From Octopus bimaculoides (Eukaryota), in contig NC_068982.1 of the NCBI RefSeq assembly GCF_001194135.2, positions 13,132,134 through 13,196,133 on the forward strand: DNA of 64,000 nucleotides, in the 5' to 3' direction. The notes beneath the pieces were generated by a model that did not search any database, was not told the origin of the DNA, and saw only the letters and a list, made by a program, of their open reading frames with translations. A program made the translations under genes and the position numbers. Below are positions 52,746-64,000 of the stretch, piece by piece. Position 1 is the first letter of the stretch. Each line of letters opens with the position of its first letter.

Positions 52746-53924
52746 TGTGTGTGCGTGTGTGTGTGTGTATGTGTGTATGTGCGTGTATGTGTATGTATAT
52801 ATGTAAAAGGGCATGCTGGAAAGTTCCTGACTTTAAGGATGCTGTGAAAGGACCTGGCTGGAGGCCNNNNNNNNNNTATATGTAAAAGGGCATGCTGGAA
52901 AGTTCCTGACTTTAAGGATGCTGTGAAAGGACCTGGCTGGAGGCCCAACCTTCCAAGTTCTTTTACAGGGATTAGAAAAACTGAAGGACCACTGCAATGA
53001 GTGTATGACTCTGAAAGGGAAATATGTCCAATAAAACCATAATTAACTGATCCTCCTGTATTTTCTTTTATCCAAAGCCAGGAACTTTTCAGCACCCTCT
53101 CATATACATGCATAAATACATACACACACATACACACAGAAGAACCCCTTGTTTAACATGGCTCTGACGAACATGTTTTCCAAGTTGACATGATGTATTA
53201 ATTGTAACCGGCTTTCATTTAATATGAAATAAGTTTCCTATAACACAGAGCTATGAAAAAAAAAAATTTAATCTCATACCAAGTGTATTCTGTTGCCATG
53301 GCAATGGCTGGCAGCTGGCAGTGGAAACCTTTAGTGTTTCATTTTTTTCCTCCTCATGAGTGGAAGCTCTCATTGCTTCATTTTTTTTTTTTTTTTTCTC
53401 CTAAAGACATTGCTTCCTTTTTCTCTTTTATTTAGAATATTTTGCCTCATTAGCCATGGATAAGAGGGAAAATAAAATTGAGTATGACTGTTAAAAGAAG
53501 AGTGAAAAGCTTTTTACTTGTGAGAAGAGATTCAAAATAATTAAAAGTCATATTAATGCCACCAGGAAGTCAAAGACTGAGTGTTCATTTGGATTGAATA
53601 AAGCAGATATACAAACCAATTTAAAACAAACAGAAGATTACGAAAAAGAAGAACAGACGACTTCATCTCTGACAGCAGTGAAGCTTGATTGGACTCCAAT
53701 CCATCTTGAACTTGATGTGAAAAACTGACTGAAATGGAAAGCATAATATTCTTATAGATTGAAGACCATAATAAGAATGGTATTCTTTCAAGTAATTACA
53801 GCATCAAAACCATTAGACCTGTTTTCCACTTTAAAATGAGATAATAAAGCAAAAGTTGAAAAAAATTATTCTTGTATTTTGGGATGGTCATTTTTTTTTC
53901 CTTGCCAAATAAACACATACTCTT

Positions 53925-54420
<496 letters not shown>

Positions 54421-54809
54421 ACTATATATTCGCTCTTCACTTGTTTATTATTGTTCTTATTTTATGTTGATTATCTGGAAAACTTTGTCGCACACCTGTG
54501 ACTTCTTCAGCAACTCTCCATCCCACTGTTTAGACCATTCAATTACACACCATGTACCTTGCTAAAAAAATACATAAACAGTTAAAAAATACTTATAGGT
54601 CCAGAGGGTCAGAAAATCTTTTTGGACTCCTGAGATGTAGTGCTGATAGACAATTAGTGATAAACACACTTTTAGAGTGAAACAACGTAGACATGGGCAT
54701 AATATTCCTGTTGTGATTGCTCTATCCGAGTACATATGTAAGAATTTAAATTGTATTTTATGGAAGTTTTATTAAAATTATACAACAATATTTTTCAGTC
54801 AGTACTACT

Positions 54810-54985
54810 CAGTTCTATATTTAAGAGATGAGGAATTATGTACATTATTTACATTACTTACATTTGACGGATATTTGTCCTCATCTTGTTTGTTGTTAAC
54901 ACAATGTTTCGGCTGATATACCCTCCAGGCTTTCATCAGGTGTCTTGGGGAAATTTCGAACCTCGGTTCTCAATCCTAAGGTATT

Positions 54986-55032
<47 letters not shown>

Positions 55033-55203
55033 TAACAATAATAATAGCAACATAGAAAAATACCTTAGGAATGAGAACCCAGGTTCGAAATTTCCCCAAG
55101 ACACCTGATGAAGGCTTGGAGGGTATATCAGCCGAAACGTTGTGTTAACAACAAAGAAGATGAGGACAAATATCCATCAAATGTAAATAATGTAAATAAT
55201 GTA
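54810..55203. mobile_element. inverted dimer of the hammerhead-bearing element with a 12-bp TSD
   Basis: - arm 54810-54985, (AAT)n, + arm 55050-55203; AGTACTACTCAG at 54801-54812 and 55205-55216. Confidence 0.9.
55100..55146 (+). ncRNA. minimal type I hammerhead ribozyme motif
   Basis: GACAC-CTGATGA-A-GGCT(T)G-loop-CAGCC-GAAA-CGT-T-GTGTT: core intact, stems I and II pair, stem III reduced to the palindrome ACGT. Activity is inferred, not shown. Confidence 0.7.
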
Positions 55204-56184
55204 GAGTACTACTCAGCTTCAGAAGTCTACACAATCTCCTTTCTTTTTGATCACTTGCACTATTTATTTGTTGCAGCAGACAGACATGTTCATTGCAACA
55301 TTTCTTTTTATTTTAATCACTCGTCTTTTTGGCTCTTAAAATCCATTTCCATAATTCTGCTTCTCTTGCCACTTCTGGTACATCATATAGAAACTGTACC
55401 AACATTTCCCATATATTTTACTTTGGTAAAATCAACAGAAGTTGTTAACCATAATTTTTGACAGTCTAACCTTGCTTTCTTATGTTTTTTTTGTTTTTTT
55501 TTGCTTAAATGAATTTTCCTTTCGGCCTTTCCATACTTGTATCCAATTTCTTTCAGCAGTCTTTGAACTGAATATTTACATCTATTTCATATTTCTTCTT
55601 CCCCTTCCATGCCATTACCTCTTCTCCAGCTACCAGTACACAGGATGCAGTTATCTTCATTCGTCTTTGAGTTCTTTTCCCAAGCAACTTTTTCCTTCCG
55701 CTTTTATTTTCTTCCAGTTATAGTCACTCTTTAACATACATTCCACTGTAGACTTTGAAATCTTCAACTCATCGACTATGTTACTCAGGTTTAGGCCATC
55801 TTCTTTCGAACTAATGAACTTATTTCCTTAGAATGCATTCTCAACTGAAAAAATCTTTTTTTCCAAGTAAAGAAAGGTTTCTTGAAGAATAATATTTATT
55901 GGACTAATGCATGTAGCCTTTGCACTCAAAAATTTGCATAAAATGTTTGAAGGGATTGTCCAAGGTAATGCTAAATAAAGCATTCTGTTATGTCTGAAAA
56001 ATAATGCCACAATTTATATCAAAATATGCAAAGGTACTCACAATAAAGAAAAGATTGAAACAAAAATCCTACTTTCAGTCAATTTAAAGCTCGTTAGTAC
56101 GTGCTTAGTTACTCTAGGTAGCTCAATGAAATAAACTTTCTAGAAGTACAATTTCTCAGGTGTCTGAAAAAAATTACTCACCCC

Positions 56185-56520
56185 GTGTATTCTGGATGGT
56201 ATAAATGCTTCAGAAAGTGGTCGGCATTGCATAATGTAAGAATTCAAAGTGGATCTGCTAGTGCTGATAAAGAAGCTGCAAAAAAAAAAAAAAAAAAAAA
56301 AAAAANNNNNNNNNNAGTGGATCTGCTAGTGCTGATAAAGAAGCTGCAAAAAAAAAAAAGAAAAAAAATGAAAATAAAATTTCAAAGGTATACAGAAGAA
56401 GAAATCTTTGATGACAAGTAGATCATCAATGTCGGTGTGACTGTTTTATTTTGGAAGTATATGTCCACAAAAACATCCCTTGCTAAAGAAGCATGCGAGT
56501 TCATAGAATGATTGATAATG
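56185..56520 (+). pseudogene. pogo/Tigger transposase relic
   Basis: SGWYKCFRKWSALHNVRIQSGSASADKEAA..IINVGVTVLFWKYMSTKTSL resembles the Tigger GWF..F.KR..L.NV...GEAASAD and FN.DETGLFWK.MP motifs. Confidence 0.7.
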
Positions 56521-57169
56521 CAATGAGCTGCTACAGGAAAAAGTTTGAAAAGAAAAGAAAGCAGAAATGCAATTATAGTTTTTTTAATAAATTTTTCTTG
56601 AAAAAAAAAAAAATGAAAAAAATATAAGAAAAAATAACTTTAAGTATTTATTCTTGTTTGCTTTTCTTTTTCATAGGTATTTGAAGAGAAATACATGAGA
56701 CAAATGACTTTGAAAACAGAGCTGCATGAATCACATGTGTTTTTATATTCAATGATGCCTATTGCATGAGTATACCTGCATGGTTAAGAAGTTCACTTGG
56801 CAACCATGTGGTTTTTTGAATCCAGTCCCGCTGTGTGACACCTGTCTTCTAAAATAGCTCCAGGCTGGTTAAAACGTTGTGAGTGGATTTAGTAAAAACT
56901 GAATGATGTCTGTCATATATCTATTTATCTGAACTGGTGTATCTCAGGCGACATGGTTAATGTCTAATATAGAAAGACAACAGGGTAACCTCATTAGCAG
57001 GAAGGTAAAGGTGCGAGTTATGTAGCTAATGAGGCGAACAGAAGTGATTGAAATACAGCAGTGAAAGAAGAACTAGGATGGGTAGGAGAAGGGATGAGGG
57101 AGTGAAGGCAGAAACTGAGTGAATGGGACGACAGGTTAGTGGAAGGAGTGAGAGATTGATAGTGAGTAA

Positions 57170-57495
57170 TAACTGGTACCCCATCAGCTTCAATGACAAT
57201 TGTTCCAGTTGAGCTGATCAATAGAACAGCCTACTTATGAAATTAATGTTCAAGTGGCTGAGTACTCCATAGACATATGTACCCTTAATGTAGTTCTCAA
57301 GGAGATTTAGCATGACAATGTGACAAGGCTGGCCCTTTGAATTACAGGTACAACTCATTTTTGCCAGCTGAGAAGATGGCAGCAATGTGAAATAAAGTGT
57401 CTTGCTCAAAGACAAGGATACGACATGTCATTGGGAACTGAACTCAGGACCTTACAATCATGAGCTGAACATCCTAACCACTAAGCCATGTGCCT
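57170..57495 (-). mobile_element. SINE related to family C
   Basis: GAAATAAAGTGTCTTGCTCAA core and tRNA-like head CCTAACCACTAAGCCATG. Confidence 0.7.
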
Positions 57496-57758
57496 TTATT
57501 AGCTAGTAATGGAAATGAATAAATATTAAGGGTGGATGATGGATACTGATACCAGTTAACCTGAGTGCCGGGAAGAGTATATAAGGAGTAATGACAGCTA
57601 TGCCCCTGGATGGGCAAAAGTGATAAGGTGATTTGGATGCAAGGAAAGGATTGAGTGCTGGAGAGATGAGATGGTCAAATAAGTCATTTGACATTTCTTG
57701 TTACTCAAGGAGAAGAGATTTACTGTCTTCTTCAGTCTCACCAGATGGAAGAGTGAGT

Positions 57759-57824
<66 letters not shown>

Positions 57825-57853
57825 AACAGACAGACAGAGATGAGTGAAAGAAG

Positions 57854-58305
57854 CATGAAGGCAGTGAGCTGGCAGAATCGTTAGCATACTGGACGAAATG
57901 CTTAGCAGTATTTCACTCATTTCGATGTTCTGAGTTCAAATTCCACCAACGTCAACTTTGCCTTTCATCCTTTTGGAGTCAATAAACTAAGTACCAGTTA
58001 TGCACTGGGGTCGATGTAATTGATAATCCCCCTCCCCCAAATTTCAGGCCTTGTGCCTATAGTAGAAAGGATTAAGTACAAGTCACAAGGGGGTGAATTG
58101 TCAGAATTGTTAGTATGTGAGGCAAAATGCTCTGTGGGATTTCATCTGTCTTTATGTTCTGAGTTCAAATCCTGCCAAGGTCGACTTTGCCTTTTACCCT
58201 TTCAGAGTCAATAAAATAAGTACCAGTCTAGCACTGGGGTCGATGTAATCAAGATACCTTCTTCCCCAGTATTGCTGGCCTTGTGCCAAAATTTGAAACC
58301 ATTAT
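57854..58305 (+). mobile_element. family-B SINE dimer, copy of 50375-50825
   Basis: Shares the linker and unusual substitutions with the 50.4-kb dimer. Confidence 0.9.
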
Positions 58306-58444
58306 AAATTGAATGCAAAGATCACAGTTACATTTCTCTGTATATGTCTGTGTTAAGTGATCAGTAATAAAATGGTTACAAGCAGTTAAAATGTATAAAT
58401 TTGTCATTAGATCCTAGAAAGAATTAAAGAGTCTATTTACATTC

Positions 58445-58920
58445 AGGTGAGGCCATGTGGTAAGAAGATTGCTTCCGAAACCACATGGTCTTAAGTTCAG
58501 TCCCACTGCTTGGCACCTTGGGCAGGTGTCTTCTATTATAGTCTCAGGTCAACTAAAGCCTTGTGAGTAGATTTGGTAGATGAAGCTGAAAGAAGCCCAT
58601 TGAATGTGTGTGTGTGTTTGTTCCCCACCCTCGCTTGCCAACTAGTGTTTGCATATTTATGTCCCTGTGACTTAGCAGTTCATCAAAAGAGATCAATAAT
58701 ATTCTTTTATTCGTTTCAGTCATTTGACTGTGGCCATGCTGGAACACCGCCTTTAGTCGAGCAAATCAGCCCAAGGACTTATTCAATGTAAGCCTAGTAC
58801 TTATTCTATCAGTCTCTCTTGCCGAACCGTTAAGTGAAGGGGTCCTAAATACACCAGCAAAGGTTGTCAAGCGATGTTGGGGGGACAAACACATACACAC
58901 AAATATATACATACACACAC

Positions 58921-58959
<39 letters not shown>

Positions 58960-59110
58960 ACGGGCTTTTTTTAGTTTCCGTCTACCAAATCCACTCACAA
59001 GGCTTTGGTTGGCCCAAGGCTACAGTAGAAAACACTTGCCCAAGGTGCCACACACAGTGGGACTAAACCCAGAATCATGCGGTTGGTAATCAAGCTACTT
59101 ACCACACAGC
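58445..59110. mobile_element. convergent family-A SINE pair (+ 58445-58690; - 58700-59110)
   Basis: Head and body segments in opposite orientations. Confidence 0.8.
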
Positions 59111-59789
59111 TTAAAAGAAATAATTAGTCCTGGGGTTAATTCATTCAAATAAAAAATTTTCAATGTGATGCTCCAGTATGACCAGTCTCATGCCTGAAAC
59201 AAGTAAAAAGATAAATAAAGCATAGAATCAATTGAGTTAGTTATGAGAGTAAAGAAGATTATCTTACGTAACAGGAATAAATGAAAAAAAAAAAAAAGCT
59301 CAAAAATAATTTTATTTCACTTGAAAGAAAATACTAGGTTTAATCTCTTTGATTCCAAACCACCTGAGACTGTTATGATTCTGTGTTACAAATCTGTTCA
59401 GTTTATAGCATTCATATTCAAATTATAACCTTTCATTTTAATTCTTTGTAAGAAGCTTTTGTTAAGATATGTTCCTAATACTAGCTTAATAAATGTCAAA
59501 ATTAATTATTTAGCTAAACCTATCCAGAATCTCTAAAGATATAGGAGTTTATTTCATTTACTGAAAACTCTTAAGTTCTTTCATTTCTTGAAATTCATAG
59601 GCATCATCATCGTATTTTAATTCTTGAAACTCATTGGCAGTGCTGGATTAGCCATTAAGCAAAATAAGCATGTGTTTAGGGTGTCAAGGAATTAAAGACT
59701 TTGCAATTAAATAAAAGGAGAAAACTTTTCAAATATAAATAAAGTGGAAGTATACAAAAGTAAACATTATTTCTCATCTTACTGTTAGT

Positions 59790-60142
59790 TTTACTCTTTT
59801 ACTCTTTTACTTGTTTCAGTAAATCGACCCCAGGACTTATTCTTTGGAAGCCTAGTACTTATTCTATCATTCTCTTTTGTCGAACTGCTAAGTGACGGGG
59901 ACGTAAACACACCAGCATCCATTGTCAAGTGATGGTAGGGGGACAAACACAGACACACAAACACACATATATACATATACATATATACGACAGGCTTTTT
60001 TTCAGTTTCCGTCTACCAAATCCACTCACAAGGCTTTGGTCGGCCCGAGGCTACAGTAGAAGACACTTGCCCAAGGTGCCATGCAGTGGGACTGAACCCG
60101 GAACCATGTGGTTGGTAAGCAAGCTACTTACCACACAGCCAA
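59790..60142 (-). mobile_element. SINE family A
   Basis: Colinear, with a small deletion in the tail. Confidence 0.9.
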
Positions 60143-61384
60143 AATAAAAATTTATTTTTATGGTTTATTATTGTTCATGTCTTGAATTATATATACATGG
60201 GGACACAAAAAAATCTTTTAAGTGCTTAAGGCCTCTTTGGGTCATAATCCAGCCCTGTACATTAGCAGTGTATTTATTAAAATTCATTGGCAGTCTCTTT
60301 CTTTAAAAATTTGGTCATGGAGATTTAGCTATCAAATAACTGTTTACTGCTTAATTAGTTGGAATTTATAAATGATTGATTATACTTATTTATTTAAGGA
60401 TAATAAAGACGTGAATTCCGACATTCATGTATTTTTCTAAAGCATTAAACTATAATATGAATGAGGAAATAGCTATAACTTTGGGTCAAAGCTATATTGC
60501 AGTCTTGGCTAGCTTGGAGATTCATTCTACTCCTGTAAGCTCATCATATGACAAAAATATTTTCCTACATTTCCCCTATTTCAACAAACTCAAACAGTAA
60601 CGAGTAGCACATTCCAAAAGTAAAGTACTTTTACTGACAAACAGAACACTATTCAAATGGGCTCCTTGTACAGTTGCTCAACCAACTAGAAATAGCAGCA
60701 AGGTTTCCTTTAGATTATACTCTGCTTTCTTGAAAATGGAAGGCCATATTGAATAATGTAGTCCTAGACGGGCTAGTCATGTCTTGAATGGTTTTGATCG
60801 AGTTCTGTTCTGTCAGAGCTGACAGAGGGTGAAGCAACATTCAATGCCAAATGAAGAATTACAATAGACAAATATAACAAAATAGAAGGTAATGTTGCCG
60901 GAAAGTAATTGGAAAAAAATCAAAAGAAAATTGAATTACTTATATAAGACTTGACAGATAACTTTATGAGAATGTCACATTGAGTAGAAAAGCCATCATC
61001 AATCTGTTGAAAAGTATAATGAACCAGTGATCAAAATATATCAAATACAAAAAAAAGAAAAAAATGAAGAACAAAGTGCTAAAATCAAAATATCTATCTA
61101 GCAAGAAAATATAAGTTAATTGCAAGCTTATATTTCATGTAGTCTTGGGTACATTCAAAAGCTATTGAGAAACAAAGTTGCATGGGTAACCAATGAAAAA
61201 CATTAAATTAAACGGGAAAGGCAATCAAGAGGGGAAGTTTCTTAAGAAAACAAAATTCTCAAAAAATCAAAATAAGGCACTATATACATATATGTGTGTG
61301 TGCGCACATGTATGTACATACATACATACATATATATATATATACATACATACATACAAACATATAATTTTCGCAGTATATATA

Positions 61385-61773
61385 TACTCTTTACTCTTTT
61401 ACTTGTTTCAGTCATTTGACTGCGGCTATGCTGGAGCACTGCCCTTATAGTCGACCAAATCGACCCCAGAACATATTCTTTGTAAGCCTAGTACTTATTC
61501 AATCAGTCTCTTTTGCCGAACCGCTAAGTTACAGGGACGTAAACACACCAGCATCGGTTGTCAAGCGATGTTGGGGGGACAAACACAGACACACAAATAT
61601 ATACATATACATATATACGACAGGCTTCTTTCAGTTTCCGTCTACCAAATCCACTTACAAGGCTTTGGTCGGCCCGATGCTATAGTAGAAGACACTTGCC
61701 CAAGGGGCCATGCAGTGGGACTGAACCCGGAACCATGTGGCTGGTAAGCAAGCTACTTACCACACAGCCACTC

Positions 61774-61775
<2 letters not shown>
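61385..61775 (-). mobile_element. SINE family A
   Basis: Colinear; followed by a long (TA)n. Confidence 0.9.
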
Positions 61776-61871
<96 letters not shown>

Positions 61872-63019
61872 GTATGTATGTATACACACCGACATACATA
61901 CTGTAGTAATACTACTTGAACTGAGTACACATATGCCTTTGACTAATTTACTCTTTCATTCCCCATGATAACTCGATATTCCCAGCTCTTGTTTCATTAT
62001 CTTCAATTACTTAATAATGTGTGGTTTTGTGCACAAGTCTTGTATTTTCAACAGAATTTTCTCATGCAATATTTAGATTCCGACTAAATTACAAATATAG
62101 TGGGCACCTAACTCTCTTTCAGCAAGCATGCTTTTCACAAGACGTATATTCATAGCTACTTTTTTTTTCTTTCTAACAGTCTAGTCTACCCTGATATGCC
62201 AAACCATCTGTTAATGTTTATAAAATGGCATCATATCTGAATTATCATTTGTTGTTTTAACCAGTCTTTTAACCAGTCTTTTAACCAGTCAACCTGTTAA
62301 CTCAGTTTTAGCTTTAAATTTTTACATTATTCTTATGAATTGTGACCCTTCTTATTTGTGGTTTCTTTGCTTTGTAAGCAAATAAGTAAATAAATAACTG
62401 AATAGAACCGCCTATATTTCATAAACCCTTTCATATTTAGGGAAATTGTTTTATACAGCACTTTTGGCAAGTGTTTCCTACTATAGCCCAGGCCAACCAA
62501 AACCTTGTGAGTAAATTTGGTAGATGAAATCTGTGTGGAGGCCCATAGTGTGTGTGTGTGTGTGTGTGTGTGTGTCTTTGTGCCTGTTTGTCCCAACATC
62601 AGCACTTGACAACCAGTGTCAGTTTGTTTATATCCTTGTAACTTAACAGTTTGGCAAAAGTGTCTGATAGAAAAAAAACACCAGATTTAAAACAATAAGT
62701 ACCAGTGTCAATCTGTTCAACTAAAACCCTTTAAGGAGATGCCCCAGCATGGCCACACTCTAATGACTGAGACAAGTGAAAGATAAAAGAACTACACTTT
62801 CTTCTTTCTTAAAACTCATTGAAAGAAATCATGAAAACACATCCGCCATCTTTAAAATTAACCAACCATCAAGAGACTATTTTGTTTTAATTTTTCAAAT
62901 ACATTATTGTACAACTGAGATTTTCTATCTGATAGACAAGCAATAAATTACAGTTATCATTAGATTTTATCGTGTTTTACTAAGTCACAACAAGTCCAAT
63001 TTCCCATATTTTCACTATC

Positions 63020-63490
63020 AAAAGCCTCAAAATAATATTTCTACCCTAGGCACAAGGCCTGAAATTTTGGAGGAGTGGGGCCAGTCAATTAGATCGACGC
63101 CAGTACACAACTGGTACTTAATTTATCGATCTCTAAAGGATGAAAGGCAAAGTCAACCTCAGCGGAATTTGAACTCAGAACATAAAAACAGTTGAAATAC
63201 CATTAAGCATTTCGTCCTGTGTGCTAACGTTTCTTATTTCTTTATTGTCCACAAAGGGCTAAACATAGAGGGGCTAAACATAGATGGGACAAATAAGGAC
63301 AGACAAAGGGATTAAGTCAATTACATCAACCCCAGTGCATAACTGGTGTTTATTTAATCGACCCCGAAAGGGTGAAAGGCAAAGTTGACCTCAGTGGAAT
63401 TTGAACTCAGAACATAATGGCAGATAAAATACTGCTAAGCATTTCGCCCGGCATGCTAACAATTCTGCCAGCTCCCTGCCTTGCCTGGAA
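63020..63490 (-). mobile_element. two family-B SINEs with different tails
   Basis: Two cores at ~63110-63180 and ~63340-63410. Confidence 0.85.
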
Positions 63491-63519
63491 ATAATATTAG
63501 TTATTGACTAATAAAAAGG

Positions 63520-63856
63520 GTAAAAGCGTAAAGACTCCCTTCAGTTGTGAATGACCATGGGATTGCTCATAGAAACTTACCCACCCAGGCGCAAATCAGG
63601 GCAAGGTTGTTTATTGAAGACCAGCCGTCACCCATGCATACCATCCTCTCCTCTCCATGCCACCAGTGTTATCCAAGGGAAAGGCAAAGGCCAATACAGC
63701 TTGGCACCAGTGACATCACAACTCATTTCTACAGCTGAGTGAACTGGAGCAATGTGAAATAAAGTGTCTTGCTCAAGAACACAACATGCAGCCCAGTCTG
63801 TGAATCAAACTCATTACCTTGTGATTATGAGCCTGACTTTCTAACCATTGAGCCAT
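63520..63856 (-). mobile_element. SINE family C
   Basis: Colinear with 2790-3100. Confidence 0.8.
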
Positions 63857-64000
63857 GTTTGTTTATATCCTTGTAACTTAACAGTTTGGCAAAAGTGTCT
63901 GATAGAAAAAAAACACCAGATTTAAAACACCTCATCAATATCATCCCCATTATAAACATTATTTAATTCATTCTCACATGCTTAAATAATAAACATAAAT

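Noticed and set aside
52798-52945. ~70-bp direct repeat around a 10-N gap
   Set aside because: Unmerged contig overlap, i.e. an assembly artefact.
26350-53494. + strand exon chain 26350-26409, ~35759-35790, ~39277-39379, ~48794-48809, 53436-
   Set aside because: It is also phase-compatible but the peptide is unconvincing; it shows how easily such chains are built in AT-rich DNA.
56267-56358. direct repeat around a 10-N gap in the Tigger relic
   Set aside because: Contig overlap at a poly-A run.

Overview
AT-rich, repeat-dense metazoan DNA with ten N gaps and no long intact ORF. The SINE families look like octopus (my recollection of cephalopod repeats, not a database result). Most recognisable sequence is mobile DNA: three tRNA-headed SINE families, RTE-clade LINE fragments, R4/Dong-type LINEs, mariner/Tc1/Tigger relics, TTAA-flanked MITEs and fold-backs. 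Host-gene exons are only tentative: a + strand terminal exon pair and a chain of short - strand exons, none of which I can name. The most striking signal is a small element made of a tRNA-like head, (AAT)n and a Penelope-like tail carrying a minimal hammerhead-ribozyme motif. It occurs at 13.1 kb and 54.8 kb, each time with an inverted copy of its own 3' region at the 5' junction and an 11-12 bp target-site duplication. Most provided ORFs are microsatellite, repeat or N-gap artefacts.
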